Source: a virus. From it: DNA of 64,000 nt. Shown one piece after another: positions 46,353 to 55,943 of this stretch. The notes beneath the pieces were generated by a model that was not told the origin of the DNA, searched no databases, and saw only the letters and a program-made list of their open reading frames with translations. Within the stretch, counting starts at the first letter, position 1; each line of letters starts with the position of its first letter. A program made the position numbers and the translations under genes. The DNA lies in the IMG/VR virus record IMGVR_UViG_3300037264_001603, positions 1-64,000 of that record; one strand, 5' to 3'.

Positions 46353-47172
46353 TACCAGCGGACGAGGACTAGGGCACTCGTGGGCTGATGATAATGTGGA
46401 ACGCGGTGCGCCCGATGCAGATTTTGAGAAGCGACGCCCCACTTACCCACTTGGGGATGACCCCCGTGGTCGAGAGATTGATTTCGAAGACGACTCTGGT
46501 CGAGAATCGTATGGTAAGAACGACGTTTATCGAGCTTATCGCGGACAAGCCCCAATTGAAGGACAGGAGTACGGCGCGCCTGTTCGAGCAGGTAAGATCT
46601 ACAAGAAGGTTCAGGATCTTCGCCCTGAGCAACCTAATCGTAGTACCAACATTGAATACCACGCCGCTCTTCAGGCAGGACAGGCAGCAGAGCTAACTGC
46701 CACTAACTTCCAAGCTTTGATGCCCAGCCCCACTATTTCGACGCCTGCCCCAGGGGCTAGCTTTAGCCCGGGTGCGACGTTGGAAGTCATTGCCCCTACG
46801 ACAGCTCTTCGAAATCTCCACTCTGCTATTCTGGAGATCAATGGGTTAGCAGTGGAACGAAGAGTAATTGATCGCCGCGACCAAGATTCTACTACTCAGC
46901 ACGATTTCCATTTCTTCTACACGATTCCGTCCAACCAGCCCCTTGGTTCCATGTCCGTTACGGTGCGTGTGTTCAATATGGAATCTGCCTTCCGGGGAGT
47001 GATCGCAGACGATGCATTGTTTACTACCAACGTTCAAACTGGCATAGGTAGTGCGGAACACCCTCGACCGGGTTCGGCCACATCTTCGGATGCCTACCAA
47101 CTACAGCTGGATGATACAGGTATTCTTCGCCAGCACGCAGGTGCGGTTAGCATCACAGTCAACATTGTGTAA
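46327..47172 (+). CDS. protein with C-terminal Ig-like domain
   Basis: PTISTPAPG...INGxxV...VTVRV. Confidence 0.6.
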   Translation: MAEKRDKTDTSGRGLGHSWADDNVERGAPDADFEKRRPTYPLGDDPRGREIDFEDDSGRESYGKNDVYRAYRGQAPIEGQEYGAPVRAGKIYKKVQDLRPEQPNRSTNIEYHAALQAGQAAELTATNFQALMPSPTISTPAPGASFSPGATLEVIAPTTALRNLHSAILEINGLAVERRVIDRRDQDSTTQHDFHFFYTIPSNQPLGSMSVTVRVFNMESAFRGVIADDALFTTNVQTGIGSAEHPRPGSATSSDAYQLQLDDTGILRQHAGAVSITVNIV

Positions 47173-47182
47173 AGGATGGTAA

Positions 47183-47668
47183 ATGTCTAAGCCCAAAAAC
47201 AAGGGTTCGGTAAACGTAGACGCGGTCCGTCGCGAAGTCAAAAAGATGGTGCAGGACCACGATTCTAAGCACGATTCTAAGCCCCAGAACCCCAAGGCTC
47301 GTTCTTCGATTCATCGGGAAAGCCCTCTCGAACAAGAGATGGGGACTACCAAATACAAGCAGATGATTCATGATCACAACGAGAAGAACGCACACATCCT
47401 GGATCGTTTGCCTTTTACTTTTCCAGCCAAAAAGAAGATTCGTTCGCACCTCAGCGTGTTGTTAGAGTGCCCAGAATGCGGGGACGAGAAATGGGGGAGC
47501 GAACACACGGTAGGTTTTGTTTGTAGCAAATGCAACAAGTATGTCTCTGCCAAGAACCCGGAAGCAGAAAGTAGGGGATACGACCCTGACCTGAAAGTCG
47601 GAATTCGCGGTACAGCGTCCGATAAGCTCCGTCTACTTGAGGAACGGGACAAGAAAAAAGGCCAATAG
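47183..47668 (+). CDS. basic zinc-ribbon protein
   Basis: CPEC...CSKC. Confidence 0.65.
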   Translation: MSKPKNKGSVNVDAVRREVKKMVQDHDSKHDSKPQNPKARSSIHRESPLEQEMGTTKYKQMIHDHNEKNAHILDRLPFTFPAKKKIRSHLSVLLECPECGDEKWGSEHTVGFVCSKCNKYVSAKNPEAESRGYDPDLKVGIRGTASDKLRLLEERDKKKGQ

Positions 47669-47670
47669 GC

Positions 47671-47699
47671 TTGCGAAAATCCAAAAAACCATGTATAAT
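47671..47699 (+). promoter_or_regulatory. sigma70-like promoter
   Basis: TTGCGA-17nt-TATAAT. Confidence 0.7.
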
Positions 47700-47725
47700 T
47701 GGAACAGGTTGAGAAGGAGCCTATA

Positions 47726-48268
47726 ATGTCTGATCAGAAGAAGCAATGGCACTCTTGGGTGATCAAGCGGAACCGCTTGGACAACGTAGTTTCCTACATC
47801 AAGGAGAACTGCCCCGAGATCGACAAGTTTTTCTACCCCTTTATCAAGAAGGAGTACCAAACCAAGAAGGGCGTTAACCGTATCAAGGACATGCCCCTTT
47901 ACGAGGGATACCTATTCTTGAGGTACCACAGCCATCCGCAGGTTTTCCACAAGCTTAGCCAATACCCCCAAGTCACTACTTACTGCGGGCCCGTTTCTGA
48001 ACTTGAAATCGATAAGATGCAGGCCGCACAAGGGAAACTGATTTCGGAGTTGAAAGCTAGCCGTTTCAAGCAGGGCGACACGGTCATCCTCAAGGATGGC
48101 CCGTTCAAGGGTTGGGAGGCCAAAGTGGTCTCCCTGAGCGGGACGTCTGTAAAGGTGAAGATTGACGCTGTAATCCTTGGGTCTTCAAATCACGAAGTGG
48201 TTTATTCCGAGGATCTGCTGGAAAAGAAGACTGAACTACAAAACTCCGAAGTGCAGGACATCCTCTAA
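47726..48268 (+). CDS. nusG: NusG-family transcription elongation factor/antiterminator (NGN + KOW)
   Basis: PLYEGYLFL (NGN); FKQGDTV...GPFKG..AKV (KOW); AAGGAG SD. Confidence 0.88.
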   Translation: MSDQKKQWHSWVIKRNRLDNVVSYIKENCPEIDKFFYPFIKKEYQTKKGVNRIKDMPLYEGYLFLRYHSHPQVFHKLSQYPQVTTYCGPVSELEIDKMQAAQGKLISELKASRFKQGDTVILKDGPFKGWEAKVVSLSGTSVKVKIDAVILGSSNHEVVYSEDLLEKKTELQNSEVQDIL

Positions 48269-48279
48269 AGAGAAAATAC

Positions 48280-48696
48280 ATGTCAGGTAAACCTGGAAGT
48301 AGTGGAAGACGTCCTGGATTTAAGCATTCCGACGATACTAAGCGGAAAATTGCCGATACCTTGCGAGGCTCGTTGCTATCTGACACCCGTAAGGAACATA
48401 TCGCGCAAGCCAAGATGATGTATGATTTAGACGAAAAGTGCGTCCGCCGGTTCGAGGAATTGAAGGCTAACTACCCGGATCAAGAGGAGTTTTTTGAGGA
48501 GAATGAGGCTGACCTCCTTTTCGCCATGCGCGACCTGCGCACCGAAAAGGAACTGGGTGACATTCGCAAGCACGTTGAGAATGCTATACTCAGACAAGAC
48601 GAGCCGTACCAATACTCCAGTAGCTCCTGCTACGCAGCCGAAGATGCGATGATCGCACTTCTGGACTTCAAGAGATACATACAGAAACTCCACTAA
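48280..48696 (+). CDS. NUMOD3-motif DNA-binding protein
   Basis: GFKHSDDTKRKIA..LRG...S...KEHI. Confidence 0.65.
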   Translation: MSGKPGSSGRRPGFKHSDDTKRKIADTLRGSLLSDTRKEHIAQAKMMYDLDEKCVRRFEELKANYPDQEEFFEENEADLLFAMRDLRTEKELGDIRKHVENAILRQDEPYQYSSSSCYAAEDAMIALLDFKRYIQKLH

Positions 48697-48788
48697 AGTA
48701 CCAAAGCATTTTAACCAACTGCCCTACTTAATGAGGGGATAGTGTCTATCTTTTCCCCTTTTGCTATTTGGTACTACGAGGATTAGGA

Positions 48789-49454
48789 ATGATCGATACG
48801 CCAAAAGACCCAAAACTGGACGTCGATGACCTCACTCGCAAGGGCGAGGAAGATCCTAAATCTAAAGGGTGGAACAACCCGAACAGTCGTAAGAATTTGA
48901 GGCAGTACCAAGAGCCCCTCGTTCCCGAAGTCGTTTCAGGAGATCTGGAAGACGAAGAGAGCGACATCTCACAGATTGTAATAGGGCGCAAGCTAAGTCC
49001 CGACGTAGTCAGAAAATTGATGCCCCAGCGGGGAGTCCTTACTGCCGCCGAAAAAAAGCGGTTCATTGGGGTGGTTCAACAATTTCTGGGAGATTTCAAG
49101 ACTGAAGAGCCCACAGCTGCTGACGTAGATGATATCTTCGAAATAGCGGAAAGCGACATCATGAAAACCCGGCTGCTCTCAGCCGCCAAAGATAGTCCCG
49201 ATGCCATCGTCAATATCAACCAAGCGTTGGAGCGTATCTACAAGAGAAAGCAAACTGCTAAAGAGAACCTATCCGCCCGCCGATCTGATCGGAAGGATGC
49301 CAGGGCTTCTCAGGACATCAACATCGTTGATCTCGTGGTCCGTTACGACCTAGAACAAAAGAGACGAGACGAAGAACGTGTTGCTGTTCTACTCGCGGAA
49401 GAAGAGACTACAGCCAATAAGCTTAGCGAGGTCCTGGAGAAGGACGGATACTAA
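48789..49454 (+). CDS. putative terminase small subunit
   Basis: Helical protein immediately upstream of TerL; NPNSRKNL motif. Confidence 0.55.
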   Translation: MIDTPKDPKLDVDDLTRKGEEDPKSKGWNNPNSRKNLRQYQEPLVPEVVSGDLEDEESDISQIVIGRKLSPDVVRKLMPQRGVLTAAEKKRFIGVVQQFLGDFKTEEPTAADVDDIFEIAESDIMKTRLLSAAKDSPDAIVNINQALERIYKRKQTAKENLSARRSDRKDARASQDINIVDLVVRYDLEQKRRDEERVAVLLAEEETTANKLSEVLEKDGY

Positions 49455-49456
49455 TC

Positions 49457-51289
49457 TTGCAGAGTCTGCTGGAAGACTTAGACTTTCTTAACCAATCAGA
49501 TGAACTCGTAGAGTTCTATCGACAATATCCTGAAATCGCAGCCGAAGACCTTCTAAGAGTCAAACTTAGTTCGATTCAAAAGGTAGTCTTGAGGTCCATG
49601 TGGTTTCGGGACTATGTTATGGCCATCATGTGTCGAGGCGCTGGTAAGACTTTCTTACTGGCTGTCTTTTCGTGTTTGAAGGCCATGCTCTACCCAGGAC
49701 ATCGCGTCGGACTTCTAGCCCCTACCTTTCGTCAGAGCAAGTACATCTTTGACGAATGTGATAAGCTCTATCATCGCTCCCCCGTCCTGCAAGCGGCCTG
49801 CGAGCGTAAACCCACCTCGGCCTCGGACAACTGCTACCTCCGCTTCAAAGCCGTAGGCACCAAGAACCCCTCCGTCATTCAAGCCATCCCCCTCGGCGAC
49901 GGTACCAAGATCAGAGGTTCGCGTTTCTTCACCATCCTCTGCGACGAGTTTCCTCACATTCCAGACGAGATCTTCAACATGGTTATCCGTCCAATGGCGG
50001 CTACTCTTGCCGACCCGATGGAGAATGTAGAGAAGGTTTCTCGCCAGAAAGAGCTGTTGGAACGAGGTTTGATTACCCAAGCAGACATTGATGCTGACAC
50101 CGCCACCAACCAAATCATCATTACGTCATCTGGTTACTTTACCTTTAACCACATGTACAAGTTGTATTGCGCTTACAAAGAGGAAATGAGGACGGGGAAT
50201 GGTAAGTATGCCGTTTTTCGTGTGCCTTACTGGCTTTTACCAGACGGATTTTTGGATAAGAAGGCAATTGAAGCTGCCAAACGAGAAATGTCTAGCCTTG
50301 AGTTTAGGATGGAGTATGAAGCAGCCTTCATTCCTGACACAGATGCGTTCTATAAGGCTTCCCTATTAGAAGCATGTTCGCGTACAGGGTTCTCTACACG
50401 GGTTGCGGGCGAGCATGGAAAGACTTATTGTTTAGGTATAGACCCAGCCAGAAGTGAAGACTCCTTCGCTATCGCTATCGCAGAACTTGGCGTCCCAGCT
50501 AAAATCGTCCATGCCCTAGAACTTCAGAAGCAGCCCTTCCCTAGAATGGCGGAGCTGATTGAAGATCTATGCGATGCATTCAACGTTCAACACATTTACA
50601 TGGATGCTGGCGGTGGTGGATTAGCCATCAAAGACATTCTTGCAGAAAACAATCGCGGCCATCGAGCAGGCCCAATTTTGGATCCCGAGGATGAGGCCCA
50701 TCAGGTCAAATCCGGAAGACACATCATAAAGATGTGCAACTTCGGAGTAGATTTCATCTCGGAGTCCAACTTTGCGGCACTAAGACTGCTTGAGAACCGC
50801 GATTTGCTTTTTCCGAGTGTGCCTGTTGGAGATACTCCCACCCCCGCTGAAGAAGAGGGTTGGGATAAGATCCAGGAAATGAAGCGCCAGATGCAGATGA
50901 TCTCGCTTTCGGAGACTCCCACTGGTAAGTATCATTTCGATGTACCCAAAGGCGAAGGACACGGGAAGCAGAAGAAGGATTTGTATACATCCTTCATGCT
51001 GGCTGCCCGTTGTGTATATGACCATTTGTGGGCACATGAACTTGCGGAGAGTGTTCTCTTCCACGGGGGCGTACTTAGGCCCCGGGAAGATCGAGCTTCT
51101 CGTCCCGTCATCAACTCTGATGGCGTTCCTGTCGATGATGCTATTCCCCAGGTGATTAGGGATAAACTGGAAATGGCACAAGATCCTGTCGGCTTCAAAC
51201 AGCGTTTGATGCAAAGGGCATTCAATAAGCGTACCTTGTTGACTAGTCCCTACGCCGTCTTGAAACCGGTTCCCAAGAAGAAGAAATAG
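49457..51289 (+). CDS. terminase large subunit
   Basis: RGAGKT, APTFRQS, IRGSR, CDEF, EYEAAF, LGIDPA, DAGGGG, KKDLY. Confidence 0.92.
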   Translation: MQSLLEDLDFLNQSDELVEFYRQYPEIAAEDLLRVKLSSIQKVVLRSMWFRDYVMAIMCRGAGKTFLLAVFSCLKAMLYPGHRVGLLAPTFRQSKYIFDECDKLYHRSPVLQAACERKPTSASDNCYLRFKAVGTKNPSVIQAIPLGDGTKIRGSRFFTILCDEFPHIPDEIFNMVIRPMAATLADPMENVEKVSRQKELLERGLITQADIDADTATNQIIITSSGYFTFNHMYKLYCAYKEEMRTGNGKYAVFRVPYWLLPDGFLDKKAIEAAKREMSSLEFRMEYEAAFIPDTDAFYKASLLEACSRTGFSTRVAGEHGKTYCLGIDPARSEDSFAIAIAELGVPAKIVHALELQKQPFPRMAELIEDLCDAFNVQHIYMDAGGGGLAIKDILAENNRGHRAGPILDPEDEAHQVKSGRHIIKMCNFGVDFISESNFAALRLLENRDLLFPSVPVGDTPTPAEEEGWDKIQEMKRQMQMISLSETPTGKYHFDVPKGEGHGKQKKDLYTSFMLAARCVYDHLWAHELAESVLFHGGVLRPREDRASRPVINSDGVPVDDAIPQVIRDKLEMAQDPVGFKQRLMQRAFNKRTLLTSPYAVLKPVPKKKK

Positions 51290-51299
51290 GAGATCTTAG

Positions 51300-53159
51300 A
51301 TGGCCGACGAAGTAAAGGACAGGTTGAACCAGGACCTCAAGAACTCTAAAGTTCTCTCCCATGAGGAAGTTAGGCCCGGTGTTCATGCGATGGAAATTGA
51401 TGTAGGCCCTAAAGGCAAGCCTGCCGCAGAGCTAGCTTATCTTGATCCTCGTCGCGGCGATACCAACCCAATGAAGTTCCACGAGGGTGGTCGAGTTATT
51501 ACCCGCGATTATGTTCGACGCGTAGACCTGGATCTTTTGAGTGGTAGGCCAGAGGTTACTCGGGCGCAACCACAACAGATTTACCAGCGCGCTATCGATT
51601 TCTACAAGGCCAAGGGCCCCTATGGTACTTGGATTGACACCCTTTCTAACTTTGCATCCAAGGGTTTCAAGAATGACATCGACGACGAAGACATCAAGCT
51701 CTTCTATGACACCTGGACTGAAGAGATCGGTTTCCAGGAGACGGTAGAGAAGATCTTCTTTGATTTCTTTCGCGTGGGAATGGTTCGTACCTTCAAGTTG
51801 GTGGGTAAGTTTGACCCCAAGCTGAAGCCAGAAAATTTTGATTCAGTAGTAGCTCGCCGCAGCCAAGCTAATCTTTCCGAGAGTTCTGAGGACATGAAGA
51901 AGCTGATTGCGTATCGAGATATTGCAGCAGCTAAGAAGATTTGGTCCAAGTCCTTTGTCCCCCTGCAGTACACCATCCTCAATCCGGTGCTGATTGAGAG
52001 TCGTGGGTCCCTATTGTTCGATCAGACTGAAACTTACCTGAAGCCCGAAGCCTTCAAGGAACTATCTGAAGTACTAAAGAATCCTTCCAAAGCCAGCCCG
52101 GAACAACGTAAGTTCATTTCCGCCCTGCCCAAGGAACTCAAGGACGCTATTCGTAAGAACCAACCTGTTCTTCTTCCCGCCGAGTTGGTAGGCAAGTGCG
52201 ACTATCGACGCCAGGACTATGAACGCTATGCGATGCCTAAAGCGGCTAGAATGTTCGATGACATGTTCTACAAGGATAAGCTCAAGGAAGCAGACTATTC
52301 CACTTTGGATGGTATCACCAATTACATCCTCAAGGTTACTGTGGGTAATGACGAGCATCCCGTAACGACCCAAGCCGAACTGGATTCTATCGCTCGACTA
52401 TTTGATACTTCCAGCAAGAGCTTCGATATCGTCTACAACCACACTCTGGAGATCGAGAAGATTACCTTCCCCGAGATTAGCCAGATTCTGGGTGTGTCCA
52501 AGTTCGAGCAGGTAAACGACGATCTGAGCCAGGCGATTGGAGTTACCCGGGCCCTGTTAGATGGGAACACTACCGGTAATGCTGAAGGTATCAAGGCTGC
52601 TCTCAAGGGATTTTCTGAGGAAGTAAACTACGCTAGACGTCAAATTCGGCGTTGGATCAATAACGAGTACGAAGAAGTTGCTCTGGCTATGGGCTTTGAT
52701 CGTTATCCAATTGTACGTTTCGACGAGAACACCCTCAAGGACGAGATCATGATGATGAGCGTCATCCAGGGTATGATCGACCGACGCATCCTCTCCTACG
52801 AGACGGGTATCGAGAAGCTAGGCTTCGACTTCTCCAACGAGTTGGCCAACTTCAAGCAAGAGAAGCCGCTGGTTCAGGACGGTATTCTGGGCATCCTTGG
52901 TTCGCCGTACAACATGAAGGCGATGCCGGCGACCGGCCCGGTTCCGGACAAGGATACTACTGTCGACGGACAGCCTACCACGGTTACCAAGAAGGATCTT
53001 ACCGACTTCCAGAACAACATCCAGAAGATGGTTGAGGAAAACATTCAGAAGGTCCAGCGTACCCCTGTGGGTACTCCGAGCGAGGGCCGCCCCCGAAAGG
53101 GACGCGGCAAGCCCCGCCAGAAGTCCACCACCCCGAACATTAAACCAACAAAACCCTAA
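51300..53159 (+). CDS. portal protein
   Basis: Follows TerL; 619 aa, helical; ILNP, VTVG, P.VRF pattern. Confidence 0.8.
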   Translation: MADEVKDRLNQDLKNSKVLSHEEVRPGVHAMEIDVGPKGKPAAELAYLDPRRGDTNPMKFHEGGRVITRDYVRRVDLDLLSGRPEVTRAQPQQIYQRAIDFYKAKGPYGTWIDTLSNFASKGFKNDIDDEDIKLFYDTWTEEIGFQETVEKIFFDFFRVGMVRTFKLVGKFDPKLKPENFDSVVARRSQANLSESSEDMKKLIAYRDIAAAKKIWSKSFVPLQYTILNPVLIESRGSLLFDQTETYLKPEAFKELSEVLKNPSKASPEQRKFISALPKELKDAIRKNQPVLLPAELVGKCDYRRQDYERYAMPKAARMFDDMFYKDKLKEADYSTLDGITNYILKVTVGNDEHPVTTQAELDSIARLFDTSSKSFDIVYNHTLEIEKITFPEISQILGVSKFEQVNDDLSQAIGVTRALLDGNTTGNAEGIKAALKGFSEEVNYARRQIRRWINNEYEEVALAMGFDRYPIVRFDENTLKDEIMMMSVIQGMIDRRILSYETGIEKLGFDFSNELANFKQEKPLVQDGILGILGSPYNMKAMPATGPVPDKDTTVDGQPTTVTKKDLTDFQNNIQKMVEENIQKVQRTPVGTPSEGRPRKGRGKPRQKSTTPNIKPTKP

Positions 53160-53195
53160 CCGAGGTTAGGTAATTCTACGGAGGGTTAGCAAACC

Positions 53196-55484
53196 ATGAC
53201 TACAAAAGACGTAGGCAAGAACGCCGCAAAGAGCCTACTCGAAGAAGTTCGAGAGCTTGCTCTAGTTGTAGGCGAAGATTGTCCAGAAGGGCATCGCAAA
53301 GATCCTGGCAGCGGAAGATGCTTGCCAATGGGCGGACAAGACCACACACGATTCACGCGAAGCGTCAATAATGATGACGGCCCACAGTGGCGCGGAGAGG
53401 TCGATAAGACCAATACCACCTTTGCTTCCCAGAAAGAAGTGGCCCTTGACGCAGATGATATGGACGAACCACAAAGTTGTGCTGCCGGCACGACTTTTTC
53501 TTTTGTGCAGAGAAAATGCGTTTCCCTAGAGGAAGCCGAAGCGGAAGATAACGGAGACCTTGCGTTCGTAGAGGAAGAGGTAGCGGTGCAGCCTGAAGGC
53601 CGTCGCGATACTCCTAATCACGCATGCCCGGCCAACCAGTTCTTCGATTTCAAGCGCCGCGAGTGCATCCCTCTAAACAAGGATACTGTATTGGCATCTG
53701 AGGATGTGGACGATGAGTTCAAGAAGGTGGTAGCTACTTACTTGTCGGGACGACTAGGAGTAACCTCCCCTGATCCTATTGATGGCCACAAGCATTTGGT
53801 TACAGTAGACACCGAAGGGAGTGGTAAGTCTTCCGTTTCTTCTAGCTATCATGGGGCGGAGTCTTACTATCATTCCCATGATGTAGAAGGTTATCTAGTT
53901 CAGGATTACAAGAAAGGCGACTACCTCTCTCAGCACTTTGGACACGTTATTCCCAAGGAAATGTGGGAGCACGAGGACCACAGTTCAGACGCGGTTCCGG
54001 GCACGGCTGTGCCAGTTGCCGCCGAAGAAGCCAAGGAACTGCGCTCCAAGCAGCGAAACGCTCTTCCGGACAGCTCCTTTGGAGTTCCCGGTAAGAGGAA
54101 GTTCCCGCTAAACGACTGCGGGCATGTGCGCAATGCCATGGCTCGTTTCAATCAGGCCAAGGGCCTGACTTCCGGCGAGAAGGCGACTCTCCGCCGAAAG
54201 ATCCTATCCCGGGCCAACGCCTGTGGAATCAAAGTCACCAGCTTCGGTAAGGCAAATACTGCAGAGGAGTTTGCCGCCGTCGTACAGGAGCTAATAGCAA
54301 TGGAAACTCCAACCGAGACCCCTGTAGAGACTACAGAAACCGCTGAACGAATGAAGACATATGAGGCCGCAGCCCCGTACGCGGGACCTTGTCCTCCCGG
54401 AATGGTGTGGGATAAGATGGCCAAGAAGTGCTCCAAGGTTAGAGGTTTTGTAGAGGAACTGGCCAACCATTCTGAAATCGTTAGCAAGCAGCCAGAAGGC
54501 CGCCGAGACCCCGTTGGTTTCCAGTGCCCCGCTGGCAGCTTCTTTGACTTTACGGATCGCAAGTGTGTTCCTCTTGATCCTTCCAAGAAGCCTGGTACTA
54601 CAACTACTAAGGCCAATGAGGAAGAGGATGCCGCAAAGAACAACCTCTCCCCGGGTCCCGCAGGTCAGCCTGCTCGTCTTCCCCAGGATTGCCCAGCCGG
54701 TACTATTTGGGATGGCGATCTACGAACTTGCAAGCCTTTAGACAGCAGCAAGAAGACCAAGTCCGCTGAGGAAGAGGCTGCATTGCCGGACTTCCTGAAA
54801 AAGATGATGGAGAAGAAAAAGAACAAGAAGGCCAAGTCTGAAGAGGAAGAGTCCCAGAGTACTTCTAACGGCCCCGGTAATAAGGGTGGCCCCGGTTGCC
54901 CTGAAGGCCAGTTCATGAATCCTGTTACTAAGAAGTGCATGCCTCGCAAGGGTGCCTTCAAGGGGAAGAGTGAGACTGAGACCGCAGGACGCGAAGGCCT
55001 AACGACTGAAGTTCCGGGTAAGGTAAAGCTTCCCCAGGATTGCCCAGATGGTACCATTTGGGATGGCAACCGCCGCACCTGCACCCCACTAGATCCTAGC
55101 GACAAGAACCGCCCTAGCGGTAGTTCTGGTCCGATGAATCCCAAGAGTGTGGCTTCTCTATCCACCGCACAGTTGATTCAGGCGCTGGATGAGATTCTCA
55201 AGGAGCAGGGTGCCAAGGAGAAGAGTAGGGTTGTAGCCAAGTCTCTTCCCAACGCCGCGTTTCCTCCCTCCCTCGTCAGCGCTGCTCACCGCGCTTTGAT
55301 GCATCACAATCCAGACGTTACAGATCCCTATGATAACGCATCGGTTGATGTGGCCCGCCTGCGCAATGCTCTTTACCGCTCAGGCAAGGTAGAAGGTTTC
55401 TCGGATAAGGCTGTTGAGGATGGAATTGAACATCTTCTCTTCCACGCCCGCGAGATCGTAGAGGCCCGAACAAAAAAAGACTAA
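53196..55484 (+). CDS. modular head protein with eight C-x12-C repeats, a His-rich module and two DUF6582-like domains; probable -1 frameshift extension to 55933
   Basis: CPxG...C repeats; LPDSSFG..RKFPL...HVRNAMARF; LPNAAF...LRNAL. Confidence 0.75.
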   Translation: MTTKDVGKNAAKSLLEEVRELALVVGEDCPEGHRKDPGSGRCLPMGGQDHTRFTRSVNNDDGPQWRGEVDKTNTTFASQKEVALDADDMDEPQSCAAGTTFSFVQRKCVSLEEAEAEDNGDLAFVEEEVAVQPEGRRDTPNHACPANQFFDFKRRECIPLNKDTVLASEDVDDEFKKVVATYLSGRLGVTSPDPIDGHKHLVTVDTEGSGKSSVSSSYHGAESYYHSHDVEGYLVQDYKKGDYLSQHFGHVIPKEMWEHEDHSSDAVPGTAVPVAAEEAKELRSKQRNALPDSSFGVPGKRKFPLNDCGHVRNAMARFNQAKGLTSGEKATLRRKILSRANACGIKVTSFGKANTAEEFAAVVQELIAMETPTETPVETTETAERMKTYEAAAPYAGPCPPGMVWDKMAKKCSKVRGFVEELANHSEIVSKQPEGRRDPVGFQCPAGSFFDFTDRKCVPLDPSKKPGTTTTKANEEEDAAKNNLSPGPAGQPARLPQDCPAGTIWDGDLRTCKPLDSSKKTKSAEEEAALPDFLKKMMEKKKNKKAKSEEEESQSTSNGPGNKGGPGCPEGQFMNPVTKKCMPRKGAFKGKSETETAGREGLTTEVPGKVKLPQDCPDGTIWDGNRRTCTPLDPSDKNRPSGSSGPMNPKSVASLSTAQLIQALDEILKEQGAKEKSRVVAKSLPNAAFPPSLVSAAHRALMHHNPDVTDPYDNASVDVARLRNALYRSGKVEGFSDKAVEDGIEHLLFHAREIVEARTKKD
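54678..55047 (+). repeat. internal duplication in the Cys-repeat gene
   Basis: CTTCCCCAGGATTGCCCAG identical at 54678 and 55029 (LPQDCPxGTIWDG units). Confidence 0.85.
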
Positions 55485-55536
55485 GCGGATGGATTGATGA
55501 AGGTCAGATTACCAACCCCGCTGAGTTTCATCCGCT
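55472..55536 (+). promoter_or_regulatory. putative -1 ribosomal frameshift signal
   Basis: A AAA AAA, then 5 nt, then stem AGCGGATG/CATCCGCT. Confidence 0.7.
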
Positions 55537-55933
55537 GTGCCAACCCCAGGAAGTGTTTGATCCCAAGTCCGGCTCTTGCATCCCCGTCACTAATGTGAAG
55601 GGAGCTGATCCAGCGGGTACGCTGGAATGTCCGCCGGGCTACGTCCTGGACGAAAGTTTGGGCATGTGTCGTCCGGACGATCCGGTGAACACGGCGTCTA
55701 TGTCTTCAGGAGATAACTTTGTTCGATTGGAAGATATTCCTAAAGAATTGAGACCCGACCCTAAGAAGGTCAATAAGAAGAAAGAGACAGCTGCCCCCTT
55801 CAGACCTGACGCTAAAATGGAACGCTGCATTCGTGATGTAAAAGCCAATTTGGGTAACAAGAATCCCAAATTCAAAGGACAATCTGTTAAGAGTGCAGCG
55901 ATAGCAATTTGTAGATCGCGCCTCAAAGAATAG
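55478..55933 (+). CDS. -1 frame extension of the Cys-repeat head protein (two more repeats and a C-terminal C...AIAIC module)
   Basis: Open from the slippery site: RLSGWIDEGQITNPAEFHPLCQPQEVFDPKSGSC... Confidence 0.7.
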   Translation, partial: RLSGWIDEGQITNPAEFHPLCQPQEVFDPKSGSCIPVTNVKGADPAGTLECPPGYVLDESLGMCRPDDPVNTASMSSGDNFVRLEDIPKELRPDPKKVNKKKETAAPFRPDAKMERCIRDVKANLGNKNPKFKGQSVKSAAIAICRSRLKE

Positions 55934-55943
55934 GAGGTAGCCG

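Noticed and set aside
47650-47668. Frameshift from 47183 into nusG at AAG AAA AAA GGC
   Set aside because: The -1 frame hits a stop before nusG, which has its own promoter and SD.
49052-49058. In-phase A AAA AAG heptamer in the putative TerS
   Set aside because: The -1 frame stops after about 16 codons and there is no convincing 3' stem; probably just Glu-Lys-Lys codons.
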